Of a stretch of DNA of 64,000 nt, positions 39,401 to 49,454 are shown one piece after another. This DNA comes from a bacterium (lineage in GTDB: Bacteria > Electryoneota > Electryoneia > Electryoneales > Electryoneaceae), in contig OY769902.1 in the NCBI GenBank assembly GCA_963669175.1, positions 2,144,001 to 2,208,000 of the forward strand. The letters run 5' to 3'. The position numbers and the translations under genes are program-made. Below the pieces are notes generated by a model. The model did no database searches, was not told where the DNA came from, and saw nothing but the letters and a program-made list of their open reading frames with translations. The number at the start of each line of letters is the position of its first letter. The stretch's first letter is position 1.

Positions 39401-40783
39401 ATGCGGAAAGCCGGACTGTTTATTTGGCCGGTTGCAGCATTATTGCTGCTATCATGCGGAGAGGGTACGGTCTACGGACCGGTAGGCAATTTCTCTGAGG
39501 GACTTGCACTGGTTCCCGTTGATGGATTGTGGGGATATATCGATACGACCGGGACGATGGTTATTCAACCTCAGTACTCGATGGCTGAAGCATTTTCACA
39601 TGGCATAGCTGTCGTTAAGAAAGAGAATAAATTCGGTGTTATCAACGCGGCAGGGCAAGCTGTTGTTCCTGTCGAGTATGATGAAATTACCGGCTTTGAA
39701 AACGGCTTTGCTCGTGTCCGAAAAGGAGGAGAGTGGGGATATATCAATCAGGATGGGCAGCTTTGTATCAGCCTGCAATATGATAAGGCCAATCCTTTTG
39801 CTGAGGGAATGGCCGCTGTCCACAGCGGTTCCGGTTGGGGTTATATCTTCGAAGATGGGGCAAAGGCAATTGACTTCAAGTTTGATGAAGCGCAACCGTT
39901 TTCCAATGGCCTGGCCTGGGTGAAAGTTGCTGGTGATGCAGACGAGAACTGGGGACTGGTTGATACTGTGGGTGAAGTATTATCGACATTCCCTGGAGCA
40001 TTGGAAGTTCGACCCTTTGAAGATGGCATGGCCGCGTTCAGCAAACGTGTTCGTGTCCTGATCGAAGGCAAGGAGATGGACAAGGTTCGCTGGGGATTCA
40101 TCGGGTTGGATGGCAAGGTAGCCGTAGAGCCCACATATGTTGACGTCCATGACTTTTCCGAGGGTATGGCCGCTGTAATGGGTATTGTCGAAGGGCTTCC
40201 TAAGGACATCGAGGGCATGTGGGGCTATATCGATACGTCCGGCGATGAGATTATTCCGCTTGAGTACTATAGTGCGGCGGACTTCCATGAAGGAACGGCT
40301 GTTGTTGAAGTCTCCGTTGATGTGGACCGATTACCGGCCGACTTGAAGAGCGCCACGGAACCCCTGCAACATAATGGATTGATCCGTATGCAGCTTCTCC
40401 TGAACAAGGCGGGTATGGAAGTTGTACCGCCGCGCTATAATTATATCGGTCCCTTCAAGAATGGTCTGGCCGTGGTCAGGCAGGGAATCTTCCCGATGCA
40501 AAAGTGGGGATATATTGATCGCAGTGGACAGGAAGTTGTGCAGCTAAAATACAACCGTGCCCTGGATTTTCACGCTGGTCTGGCGGGGGTTGCAATAGCT
40601 GCTGGTGATGACCCGGAAAAATCGGACGCTGTCTTCGGCTACATTGATACCATGGGCAAAGAGGTCATCGATTTCAAGTTTGATCTCGTGGGGCCATTTA
40701 TTGATGGTCGCGCTCGCGTGATGAAAGATGACAAGTGGGCTTTCATTGATCATTCCGGAAGTATTGTCTGGACACAGGAGTAA
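39401..40783 (+). CDS. WG-repeat (KWG) lipoprotein
   Basis: Lipobox LLSC; repeated 'FSEG.A.V...WGYID..G'. Confidence 0.9.
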   Translation: MRKAGLFIWPVAALLLLSCGEGTVYGPVGNFSEGLALVPVDGLWGYIDTTGTMVIQPQYSMAEAFSHGIAVVKKENKFGVINAAGQAVVPVEYDEITGFENGFARVRKGGEWGYINQDGQLCISLQYDKANPFAEGMAAVHSGSGWGYIFEDGAKAIDFKFDEAQPFSNGLAWVKVAGDADENWGLVDTVGEVLSTFPGALEVRPFEDGMAAFSKRVRVLIEGKEMDKVRWGFIGLDGKVAVEPTYVDVHDFSEGMAAVMGIVEGLPKDIEGMWGYIDTSGDEIIPLEYYSAADFHEGTAVVEVSVDVDRLPADLKSATEPLQHNGLIRMQLLLNKAGMEVVPPRYNYIGPFKNGLAVVRQGIFPMQKWGYIDRSGQEVVQLKYNRALDFHAGLAGVAIAAGDDPEKSDAVFGYIDTMGKEVIDFKFDLVGPFIDGRARVMKDDKWAFIDHSGSIVWTQE

Positions 40784-40814
40784 GCCCTTCCTGTTCGTGG
40801 TTTTACAATGAGGG

Positions 40815-41453
40815 TTGCGCTTGAGTATTCGTGTGCGAAAACACAATAGTTTGAACAGATGCCGGGGAGGGGCCAGGCATCTGTTTTCTTTTCGCAACAT
40901 CGTGCTTACCACGATAGTACCAATGCTCTTTTTTATTTCTGCATGCGGGATTTTTTCAACACGTGATCCCGGTGATCCTGCCGGTCCCAATTCCAATGAT
41001 ATCGCCATATTTTATGATGAAGTGCCGGAATTGCTGGTCACGTCAATTGAGACTCGTGATTCACAACAGTATATGGCCCTGATTGATTCTGCGTTTACAT
41101 ATATCCCGCCCAACGGTATCGAAAACCCGGCGTTTTTTCTGAGCTGGGATTACGATGCGGAGGATGTTTTTATCAGGCGTATGTTATCTCTCGATGTGTT
41201 GCCGATAGATTCAGCGGCTACAATCTCGTTCAGTAGCGCTGAAATTACTGAAAATGCTGCGGATACAGTCATTTATCAGCAAAACTACTCCCTTTCTTAT
41301 CACAGTGTTCAAGAGGGATTGCCGCAAGTTTATGAGGGCGTGCTGCAATGGTACCTGGTGCGTGGGAGTGATGGTGGTTGGCGAATCAGGATCTGGCAGG
41401 ACGATACGGCAGGCGATGAGGCTACCATGAGTACATTACGGCTCACCTTATAG
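40815..41453 (+). CDS. Lipoprotein of unknown function (NTF2/SnoaL-like)
   Basis: Lipobox ISAC followed by GIFSTRDP; C-terminal WRIRIWQD; start uncertain. Confidence 0.7.
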   Translation: MRLSIRVRKHNSLNRCRGGARHLFSFRNIVLTTIVPMLFFISACGIFSTRDPGDPAGPNSNDIAIFYDEVPELLVTSIETRDSQQYMALIDSAFTYIPPNGIENPAFFLSWDYDAEDVFIRRMLSLDVLPIDSAATISFSSAEITENAADTVIYQQNYSLSYHSVQEGLPQVYEGVLQWYLVRGSDGGWRIRIWQDDTAGDEATMSTLRLTL

Positions 41454-41474
41454 GACCACATAGGACCATAGGTC

Positions 41475-42011
41475 ATGACCATGACCGGACAGAGAGCAAA
41501 GAAGTCTTCCAAAGACCTGCGCAACCTGGTAATGGTAGCGGGCCTCATGGTCTTTCTGTTGTCCGGCTGTCTGAATCCTTTTGCACCTGAAGAGGGTGAC
41601 TTGAGTAGTGATATCTGGGATCCGCAGGTCACCGTGGGCGGACTTCTGGACAATTTCCGTACATCGTATGCGCTGCAGGACAGCTTACGTTATGCCGACC
41701 TGATCGCTGAAGAATTTGTCTTCCAGTATTTCGATTTTGAGGTGAACCGGTATGAACAGTGGTATCGTGAAACAGAACTGACGGCGACCGGCGGTTTGAT
41801 GTCCAGCGTGGACCGTCTCGATCTGAGATGGGGAACCCTCACACCGGCATCGATGGATACATTCAGTATCCCGGACACGACGGTGGAGTTTACGGTACGC
41901 TATATGCTCACGGCCGGGCAGTTTGCTTCCTTAAACGGGTTTGCACGCTTCCAGGTGCGGACGGGTGACGACGGACGATTTCGTATTGTGATGTGGAAAG
42001 ATGATTTCTAA
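41475..42011 (+). CDS. Lipoprotein of unknown function, similar to the preceding gene
   Basis: Lipobox LSGC-LNPFAP; C-terminal FRIVMWKD. Confidence 0.75.
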   Translation: MTMTGQRAKKSSKDLRNLVMVAGLMVFLLSGCLNPFAPEEGDLSSDIWDPQVTVGGLLDNFRTSYALQDSLRYADLIAEEFVFQYFDFEVNRYEQWYRETELTATGGLMSSVDRLDLRWGTLTPASMDTFSIPDTTVEFTVRYMLTAGQFASLNGFARFQVRTGDDGRFRIVMWKDDF

Positions 42012-42936
42012 ACGAGAGCAGAAACAACATAAACGTCTGGCTGCGAGACTGAATATCCTGCTGATCGTTGTATTTGTCGCCGTATTACTGGAAGGAATAC
42101 TGGCAGGATTGACTGCGTGGCAAAAGTATTCTGGCGACAGGAACAATGAAGAACAGGTGTACAACTCGGAATCCTATTTCTACCTGGAAAACCCTCATGA
42201 GCAGATAGATTCATTCGCGACTTCTGATGAGCTGGTGAATGGTGAAGCGGCACAACTGGCGCAACTGGTTATTGTTATTGATGATTTCGGCTATTTCCTG
42301 ACAGAACCCGCAATTGATTTTATTGAGTTTCCCTGGCCGCTTACACTTGCTGTCATGCCGGGGCTACGGTTATCGGAAAAGATCGCGTCATTAGGGATCG
42401 AAAATGACAAAGAAGTGATCATCCATCTCCCCATGGAAGCGGTCACGCCGCGTCTGCACCAGGAACCGCTCATGATTACTTCGGACATGTCCCGGGAAAA
42501 GGTTGCGGAGATCATGGAAACCGCAATTCGAACCGTACCGGGAGCGCGCGGTTTGAACAATCACATCGGATCGCTTGCCACGCAAAACAGCGAGATCATG
42601 GATGAAGTCGTACGTCAATGTATCTTGCATCGTTTGCATATCCTTGATAGCATTACTCATCCGAAAACCGTATTTTACCGTGAGGCTGTCCGTGCGGGCG
42701 CACCGGCGGCACGAAGGGATGTCTTCCTTGATCATTATTCCGACCCGGAACGGATCAAGGAGGAATTGTACCGTGCGGTCAGGTTGTCGAGAAAACGGGG
42801 ACGGCCGGTGATAGCGATCGGGCATGTACGCGCCAACACGTTTGAGGTGCTGGATCGTGAAGCCCCGCTCCTTGTAGAACAGGGGGTATCCTTTTTACCC
42901 CTGTCAGCAGTGATGGAAGAAACGGAAACGCGATAA
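42001..42936 (+). CDS. Divergent polysaccharide deacetylase family protein (YibQ-like)
   Basis: VIDDFG, IHLPME, GLNNHIGS, LDS.T, RDVFLD, AIGH motifs. Confidence 0.9.
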   Translation: MISKREQKQHKRLAARLNILLIVVFVAVLLEGILAGLTAWQKYSGDRNNEEQVYNSESYFYLENPHEQIDSFATSDELVNGEAAQLAQLVIVIDDFGYFLTEPAIDFIEFPWPLTLAVMPGLRLSEKIASLGIENDKEVIIHLPMEAVTPRLHQEPLMITSDMSREKVAEIMETAIRTVPGARGLNNHIGSLATQNSEIMDEVVRQCILHRLHILDSITHPKTVFYREAVRAGAPAARRDVFLDHYSDPERIKEELYRAVRLSRKRGRPVIAIGHVRANTFEVLDREAPLLVEQGVSFLPLSAVMEETETR

Positions 42937-42948
42937 AGGGAGGTAACG

Positions 42949-43671
42949 ATGAGACTCGCGGTGCATACCTTGACGTTGAGTCGGTTACGTGAGTTGGGTG
43001 GTGGTTCTGCCCCGGATGTGGTGACTGGCGCTGCCGTACTGGATCTTGCCGGCGCTGACGGGATTGTAGCCCGACTGAGTAACCAGAAGCTCTCGACAGA
43101 TGAACGTGATATCAAGCTGCTCAGGGCGATGGTCAAAAGTTATCTCAGCGTGGAAGTGGAACCTCGTGAGGCGCCTCTTCGCCGGGCAATGGACCTGCAT
43201 CCGGACCAGGTAACCCTGATTCCGCCGGAAGACGCCATGCGTGAAGAAGGTGTGGATGTCGTCGGTACAGGCAGCGAACTGGAAGTTGTCGTCAACTCCC
43301 TGAAGGCTGCGGGCATGGATGTCAGCATCCTGGTCGCGCCGGACATCACCCAGATCAAGGAAGCCCGGAAGATCGGGGCGGACTTCATTACGTTGAACGC
43401 CGCCACCTATACCGGCGCTCAGACGGCCAACGAAGCCATGATGAATCTTGAAGAGATTGAGACGGTTGCCCTTGGCGCGACACGGCTCGGCTTGCGTGTG
43501 CTGGTAACTCGCGGGATCAACCATCGCAACATCGCCCCATTGGCGGCTATCGAGAGTATAGAAGAAGCCATCCTGGGCCACAGTTTTTACGCAAGAGCCG
43601 TACTGATTGGCATGGATCGCGCATTCCGTGAAGTGGTTGATGCACTGCATCGCGCTGGGATGCTCGGGTAA
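42949..43671 (+). CDS. PdxJ (pyridoxine 5'-phosphate synthase)-like protein with degenerate active site
   Basis: Colinear with PdxJ (AGADGI, RD+.+LR, GL.V..G, E..+GH...RA+..G+) but lacks the NIDH, HLREDRRH and AGHG motifs. Confidence 0.75.
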   Translation: MRLAVHTLTLSRLRELGGGSAPDVVTGAAVLDLAGADGIVARLSNQKLSTDERDIKLLRAMVKSYLSVEVEPREAPLRRAMDLHPDQVTLIPPEDAMREEGVDVVGTGSELEVVVNSLKAAGMDVSILVAPDITQIKEARKIGADFITLNAATYTGAQTANEAMMNLEEIETVALGATRLGLRVLVTRGINHRNIAPLAAIESIEEAILGHSFYARAVLIGMDRAFREVVDALHRAGMLG

Positions 43672-43793
43672 GCTGGGAACTGAGCAGCAGCGAATCGAGT
43701 GAATGTTGGAGGGAGTCGGCCGTACGTGAAGTAATTACGGGGGATCGGTGCGACGACCTCCGGCACTCTGATGATACGGGAGAGTACACGGGT

Positions 43794-44951
43794 ATGCGTT
43801 TCGGTTGGATGGTATCGCTCATTCTCTTGGTTATTTTTTTATTCGGATGCCAGGGCGAACAGGGACCGGCCGGGGTTTCCGGTGAATATGTGGATCATGT
43901 CTCCCCTGAAATAGAAATCTCCTCGCCTACGCCGGACAGTATCCTGGTTACAGATGAGATCACGTTTAACCTCGATGTCACGGATTCTCTCGGTGAAATT
44001 GAATACATCACCATGTATGTCAACGGTTCCAACCGCATCGGAGATGACAGCCTGGTAAGCTACTTCCCGCCCTACCAGATTTTCGTCGATTTTGTTGCCC
44101 TGGACATGCCCTATGGAATGTTTAATGTCACTGCTAAAGCTGTCGATACTTCCGGTAATTCCCAGACTACACCTCTGATGTTTTATACACGAAAGAACCT
44201 GGTTGGATTGGATACTCTTTCCTATTTCAATTTTGCATCCATATACGCTGCTGGTTTTCAATTGCCTTATTGCGAAATCGATTCTGCAAGCGGGGATACG
44301 ATGCTTGCTGCCAACTACACAGGTGTTCGCTTCCAGGTTCCATACCGGTGTGAACTGGTCGCTGTGGAGTTGTTCTTCTCTGATCCCGGTAGTTTCCCTG
44401 ACATGTCCGGATCGACAATTACCGGTCCTTCAAATTTCCAGGTTTCCATGTTCCATCCGGATGATCAGGGTCTGCCCGGTGTCGGGATTGATTCAATGGT
44501 ATATGCAGCCAGTAATGTGATGATTGAGGATTGGACATATGCCGACCTGTCTTCATTTGATGATGGCAATCCTTACCAGGCAGATGAACTGGAAGAGGTG
44601 ATCCTGCTGGTGAGATCCACCGAAGTCTGGCAGGAGGACATGACCAGGGCGCTCATTTTTACCACGAAAGTCGATTCAAATTATACCGGGGCTATTGATG
44701 AATACACACACCGATCACTGGACAATGAAACGGGAATAGAAGGTCGTGGATGGGGAACAATGTTGAACCACGCACCGGAATATTTCGAGATTGTAGGTGA
44801 AGTTGACAAGCAGGATTGGATGATTCGGCTGATCATTGATTACGGTGATGGTGAAGAAGTCGCGCTGTATCCTGATGGTCTGCAGGAGGTTGTCAAGCGG
44901 GGACAGAATAGAGCAGTATCAAACACGATGAAGAAAAAACTGATGCGATAG
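43794..44951 (+). CDS. Lipoprotein paralog 1 (Gly-X-Y linker, Ig-like domain, C-terminal beta domain)
   Basis: LFGC-QGEQGPAG; GWGT; IRLIIDYGDGE. Confidence 0.8.
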   Translation: MRFGWMVSLILLVIFLFGCQGEQGPAGVSGEYVDHVSPEIEISSPTPDSILVTDEITFNLDVTDSLGEIEYITMYVNGSNRIGDDSLVSYFPPYQIFVDFVALDMPYGMFNVTAKAVDTSGNSQTTPLMFYTRKNLVGLDTLSYFNFASIYAAGFQLPYCEIDSASGDTMLAANYTGVRFQVPYRCELVAVELFFSDPGSFPDMSGSTITGPSNFQVSMFHPDDQGLPGVGIDSMVYAASNVMIEDWTYADLSSFDDGNPYQADELEEVILLVRSTEVWQEDMTRALIFTTKVDSNYTGAIDEYTHRSLDNETGIEGRGWGTMLNHAPEYFEIVGEVDKQDWMIRLIIDYGDGEEVALYPDGLQEVVKRGQNRAVSNTMKKKLMR

Positions 44952-44977
44952 ATCTGAAAGCTTCTTTGGGGGAAAAC

Positions 44978-46120
44978 ATGAAGTCAAGGATGGCTATAGT
45001 CAGCCTTGTTGTTTTGGTGTTGTTCCTGCTGACTGCGTGTGAAGAGGATTCTATTGAAGTTGAGCCAACATGGGTATCGCCGGTAAGGCTGACCTGGCCG
45101 CCTGCGGACACAACGCTTACGTCTGATGCGCTGTATTTCATGGCAGAGGCGAACGATACCATGGCTGTGGTGGTTTATACGGATCTCCATATTGAAGCGA
45201 CAGGATCAGATTGGGAGTATTCTGTTGCCGACAGTTCGACGCCCTATTACTGGGTTTTCAATTTCCGGGAACAGGGGAACGGCTACGATACATATCGTGT
45301 CTATGCAACATCATTGAATGAATATGGCAACCAGGGCATCTCGGATACAATCCTGGTTTGCTTCCAGCAGCCGACTGGCGCAGATTCGTTAAATGATCAT
45401 GGGCATGCCGGTGTTGTTCAAGAGTACGGGCATGTATTTCCTCAATTAGTGGATGGGGTTTCCTATAAAGCTTGTGCGCAGCAGTTTGTCGCGCATGAGG
45501 CCTGTACGATTCAGGCGATAGAGCTCTGGTTCGATGACCCGCAAGGATATAGTGCGGAATATTTCCAATTGATTGAAAATCCGGCATCTTTCCAGTTGTC
45601 CTATTATACGATTGATTCGGAAGGCTATCCTGATACGGGGTTGGATTCTGTCTACGTTCATCAGGACAGCATCGTGGTGGAGCAGTGGAATCGGATTACA
45701 GCAGGTCAGTGGTTCTCGAGCCCCGAACTTGCCCACATGGATGCCGACGAAGAGTTTGTCGCTGTTGTCCATGCTGAAGGCGCGTGTGTGGAACAGCCTC
45801 AGGAAGCTCTGATTGTCAGTATAACTGAACTGCTTGGCGCAGATGCGGATAAGACCGAATATGCGCCCCGATCCCTTGATAATGCCGAGTCATCCACGGG
45901 AGTAAATGGCTGGGCCACCTTGCAGGAACGGTATCAGGTTCAGGCTTTTTATAAAATTCGCCTGATGGTGGAATACGAAGATGGATCGCTGGCGTATGTG
46001 TACCCTGGCGGGAAAGCGCAGGAGGATGTGATCAACCGGGCTGCTGTAACCGCGCAGACGGGTGAGACGTCAGTACGCAAAAGCATACGTCAACACATGA
46101 GTTCGAACAGAACAGAGTAA
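44978..46120 (+). CDS. Lipoprotein paralog 2
   Basis: LTAC lipobox; GWAT; IRLMVEYEDGS. Confidence 0.8.
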   Translation: MKSRMAIVSLVVLVLFLLTACEEDSIEVEPTWVSPVRLTWPPADTTLTSDALYFMAEANDTMAVVVYTDLHIEATGSDWEYSVADSSTPYYWVFNFREQGNGYDTYRVYATSLNEYGNQGISDTILVCFQQPTGADSLNDHGHAGVVQEYGHVFPQLVDGVSYKACAQQFVAHEACTIQAIELWFDDPQGYSAEYFQLIENPASFQLSYYTIDSEGYPDTGLDSVYVHQDSIVVEQWNRITAGQWFSSPELAHMDADEEFVAVVHAEGACVEQPQEALIVSITELLGADADKTEYAPRSLDNAESSTGVNGWATLQERYQVQAFYKIRLMVEYEDGSLAYVYPGGKAQEDVINRAAVTAQTGETSVRKSIRQHMSSNRTE

Positions 46121-46130
46121 GAAGCTATCT

Positions 46131-47204
46131 ATGGTAAGGACAATTTTCTACAGCCTGGTGTTTCTGCTGGCGCCGGTTCTTCTGCTGGTCGGTTGCGAGG
46201 GGCCACAGGGACCGCGTGGTGTCGGGGCGGATGATATCGACCTCGAACCGCCCAGCATTACTCTGATTCGTCCGACGGCCAACGAGACGGTTGTCGGCGA
46301 CACCTTCACCGTCGAGGCGCGTGCCACGGACAATCACTCGATCCGCCGTGTTGAGTTTTATGTGGACGGCACTATGAATCTTGGCGGAGACAGCATCGCC
46401 GTGGATAGTTTCGGGAGCAGTTCCTATCGTTACTCGGTAAAATTCTCCCTTCCCGGCGCCGGGTTATCGCATGGCAATCATTACCTGGTAGCGCGTGCGG
46501 TTGATTTTGGTCTGAATTATACCGATACGCCGGTAATACCGTTTGCCTCGGAAGTATTCCAATACCAGCAGGAACTGAAACAGGATTATGATAATGGCCT
46601 GGCGGATGGGATCATGTTCCTGCCGGATTCTTATGGTGACAAGTATTATAATGTCAGGTTTGATCCGGTTCTGCCATGCCAGCTTCTAGAAGTAAAAATG
46701 GCTTTCATGGATCCCACTACGGTTTCAGCTACTGAAAACGGTGGGTGTGATATAGACCTGTTTGTCTGGAATACAACCAGCCCGTTTACGGGTAAATATG
46801 TTCCGGGCGACAGCGTTCTTCAGAAAACAATATCTTTTGGAGATATCATTCTTGAAGGCTGGTCAACATTTGATCTGCGGGATGAAGCTGTCCATCTGGA
46901 TTCAACTTTCCATGTTGGCTGGAGTCCACCGGATGATCAATACCAGGCGATTAGAGCTGCTGGCCGGGGAATGGTAATAATGACATCTGCTGATTCCGTG
47001 TCAACCACCAATCCTTATCTCAACCGGTCCGGTGAATGGGAGCCTGAAAGAGGGTGGGGCACGATGGCCGAGCATTATGGCCAATGGCGTGTGCTCAGAA
47101 TCCGTGCGGTTGTGCTCTATGACGGTGGTTCTACTGCGACGCTTGAACCCGCGCCGATACTACTTCACGAAGGTATTGTTTCGGAAGCGAAAACAAATGA
47201 ATGA
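46131..47204 (+). CDS. Lipoprotein paralog 3
   Basis: LVGC-EGPQGPRG; ATDN...VEFYVDG Ig-like domain; YYNVRF.P; GWGT; IRAVVLYDGG. Confidence 0.82.
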   Translation: MVRTIFYSLVFLLAPVLLLVGCEGPQGPRGVGADDIDLEPPSITLIRPTANETVVGDTFTVEARATDNHSIRRVEFYVDGTMNLGGDSIAVDSFGSSSYRYSVKFSLPGAGLSHGNHYLVARAVDFGLNYTDTPVIPFASEVFQYQQELKQDYDNGLADGIMFLPDSYGDKYYNVRFDPVLPCQLLEVKMAFMDPTTVSATENGGCDIDLFVWNTTSPFTGKYVPGDSVLQKTISFGDIILEGWSTFDLRDEAVHLDSTFHVGWSPPDDQYQAIRAAGRGMVIMTSADSVSTTNPYLNRSGEWEPERGWGTMAEHYGQWRVLRIRAVVLYDGGSTATLEPAPILLHEGIVSEAKTNE

Positions 47205-47241
47205 TCAGGAATACACTTCATTCAGCAAGGCTGAGGTAAAA

Positions 47242-48294
47242 GTGAGAACGACTATTCTGCTGACAGGATTGATTGTTATTCTGCTGATCGTTGCCGGTTG
47301 TGAAGGACCAGAAGGGCCGGAGGGGATTGGCCTGGACCAGGATTTGATTCCCCCGGAAATCACTCTGATCACCCCTGCGCCCGGTGATACAATAAAAACG
47401 CCAACGGTCTGGTTTGAGGCGATTGCCACGGATAATGACAGTGTAAAATCTGTGGAGTTTTTCCTGGATGGTTCCAGTGATCTGGGGCAGGATTCATCAG
47501 CGATTGTTAAAGTACCGGAAGCGGATTCCATAACTTTCCGTTTCCCCTGGATTATGGATCCCGATACCTGGGCGGTTGGGCAACATGTATTGTGTGCGGA
47601 AGCGGTTGACCTCAATGAAAACTATAAAATGACGCCGCCCATGCCGGTGTACTACCTTCCGCTGTACGGGGAAAGGGTACTGGCGTATCATCTTGATGGC
47701 GAGTACTCGGAACCGTTGGCGGTTGCACTACCTGATGGATATGGCGACAGGTACTACAACGTACGATTTTCGCCGCATCGTGAGTGTGAACTGAAAGAAG
47801 TTCAGTTCCGATTCGAGCAATACGATGAGGTTGGAATTGATATTTTTGTGTATACCTGGGAATCGGATGACCGGTTGCCGGGAACCTGTATTGACAGTTT
47901 CCTGGTGCAGCAAGACAACCTGAATTATACTGGATGGACCGTACTCGACATGTCGGACAGGGGCTTGCCGCTGTTCTCGGATGATTTCCATGTTGGCTGG
48001 AGCCCGGATCCTTCCCAGTATGACCAGTACCTGGCGGATGAACGTGGTCTTTCCATTTATGCGGCAGTGTGTGATACAGCGTTATATCGTGATCCCCTGG
48101 ATAATCATTCCAGCGAGTATGAAGCATCGGACCGGGGATGGGGTACACTGCAGGACCATTGGCTGAGAAAACTGGATCTGTATATACAGGCTGTGGTCGA
48201 TTATGGCGATGGCGAAGAAACCCTGCTTATACCAGGGCCTGAAATGATTATATCCGAAAAGTCCGCATTGCCAAAGGAGCTACATAAACGATAG
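47242..48294 (+). CDS. Lipoprotein paralog 4
   Basis: GAGG RBS + GTG 47242; VAGC-EGPEGPEG; YYNVRF.P; GWGT; IQAVVDYGDGE. Confidence 0.8.
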   Translation: MRTTILLTGLIVILLIVAGCEGPEGPEGIGLDQDLIPPEITLITPAPGDTIKTPTVWFEAIATDNDSVKSVEFFLDGSSDLGQDSSAIVKVPEADSITFRFPWIMDPDTWAVGQHVLCAEAVDLNENYKMTPPMPVYYLPLYGERVLAYHLDGEYSEPLAVALPDGYGDRYYNVRFSPHRECELKEVQFRFEQYDEVGIDIFVYTWESDDRLPGTCIDSFLVQQDNLNYTGWTVLDMSDRGLPLFSDDFHVGWSPDPSQYDQYLADERGLSIYAAVCDTALYRDPLDNHSSEYEASDRGWGTLQDHWLRKLDLYIQAVVDYGDGEETLLIPGPEMIISEKSALPKELHKR

Positions 48295-48341
48295 CCTTGT
48301 TCAATGAGTACACGTAACAAAAGAAACGCTTCGAGGTCGTT

Positions 48342-49421
48342 TTGAAGAGATCACTTGTCCCTGTTATGCTTATGCTTTCCCTGGCAATCGCCCTGCTGGT
48401 TGGGTGTACCGGGAAAGACGGGCCTGCCGGTAAGGACGCGGTCGGGGTTGATGCGCAGAGCCCACATTTGTCGATTACATATCCCACGGCGGGAGATACG
48501 CTGACCGATACGTTGCTGGTTCGAGTGGATGCCATTGATAATGTCGGGATCGCACGGATTGCCTTTTTCCTGGACGGTAGCGATGTGTTGCACGATACCG
48601 TGATGACCTGGGTTGAAGAGCCGCCGTATCAGTATGAATACATGCTGCCGGAAATCGGTATCCGGTCCGGGGCGCATACCCTTGCAGCGCGTGCTTATGA
48701 TCTTGCCGGAAATACCGAGACAACGCCTTCCATGGTGCTCTATTACCTGCCTGCTGATACCGGGACTGTTTACATGCGCAACTTTGATCCCCGTACGACA
48801 GACCTGGGGCAGCATGCGATGGTGCATCATACCGTACAGGGTGATACGCTGACGATCACAACGGTTGATTCTTTTGCTGTTCGGTTTGAGCCGTCGGCTT
48901 CCTGTTTCTTGACCGGGATTCGTGTGTATACGGATTCGATTCCAAGTGATACGAATTATATCGGCAACGAAAACTGGGGCAGTGGGCTGGTATGCAGGGT
49001 GGCTTATTCGGATGGGGCGTATCCGCTGGGAATCGCTGCCAATGGCCCCTTTACCGCGCTGCAACCGGATACGTCGGCCGATTATTACGGTTGGCAGAGC
49101 GCTAGCTTCGGTGGGAGTTCGGTAGACCTGGATACGGTAACTGTATTCCACATTGTATTTGCTGTCTATAATTCGAATGAAAACACGTATATGGCGATCC
49201 GAACCGAGGAAAAGGAAGCATACGACGGATTGCCCTATTTGCTCCCACTGCACAACTATACGCACGTATATAACCGTGAAGAAGGGCAATGGGAGCCGTA
49301 TCAGACATACTATGGAACGGGATCTTATGAATTCTGGGTGGAAGCCATTGTAGATTACGGCGATGGCCAGACTGCCGTCCTGAGTTCACATGTCGGATCG
49401 CAGAAAAACGTAAGGGAATAA
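48342..49421 (+). CDS. Lipoprotein paralog 5
   Basis: LVGC-TGKDGPAGKD; AIDN...FFLDG; VEAIVDYGDGQ. Confidence 0.8.
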   Translation: MKRSLVPVMLMLSLAIALLVGCTGKDGPAGKDAVGVDAQSPHLSITYPTAGDTLTDTLLVRVDAIDNVGIARIAFFLDGSDVLHDTVMTWVEEPPYQYEYMLPEIGIRSGAHTLAARAYDLAGNTETTPSMVLYYLPADTGTVYMRNFDPRTTDLGQHAMVHHTVQGDTLTITTVDSFAVRFEPSASCFLTGIRVYTDSIPSDTNYIGNENWGSGLVCRVAYSDGAYPLGIAANGPFTALQPDTSADYYGWQSASFGGSSVDLDTVTVFHIVFAVYNSNENTYMAIRTEEKEAYDGLPYLLPLHNYTHVYNREEGQWEPYQTYYGTGSYEFWVEAIVDYGDGQTAVLSSHVGSQKNVRE

Positions 49422-49454
49422 CAGAAGTCCGCTCATTTTACCTGGAGACTGGGT

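Noticed and set aside
43794-49421. Diversity-generating retroelement acting on the lipoprotein array
   Set aside because: No reverse transcriptase and no near-identical TR/VR pair differing at adenines was seen
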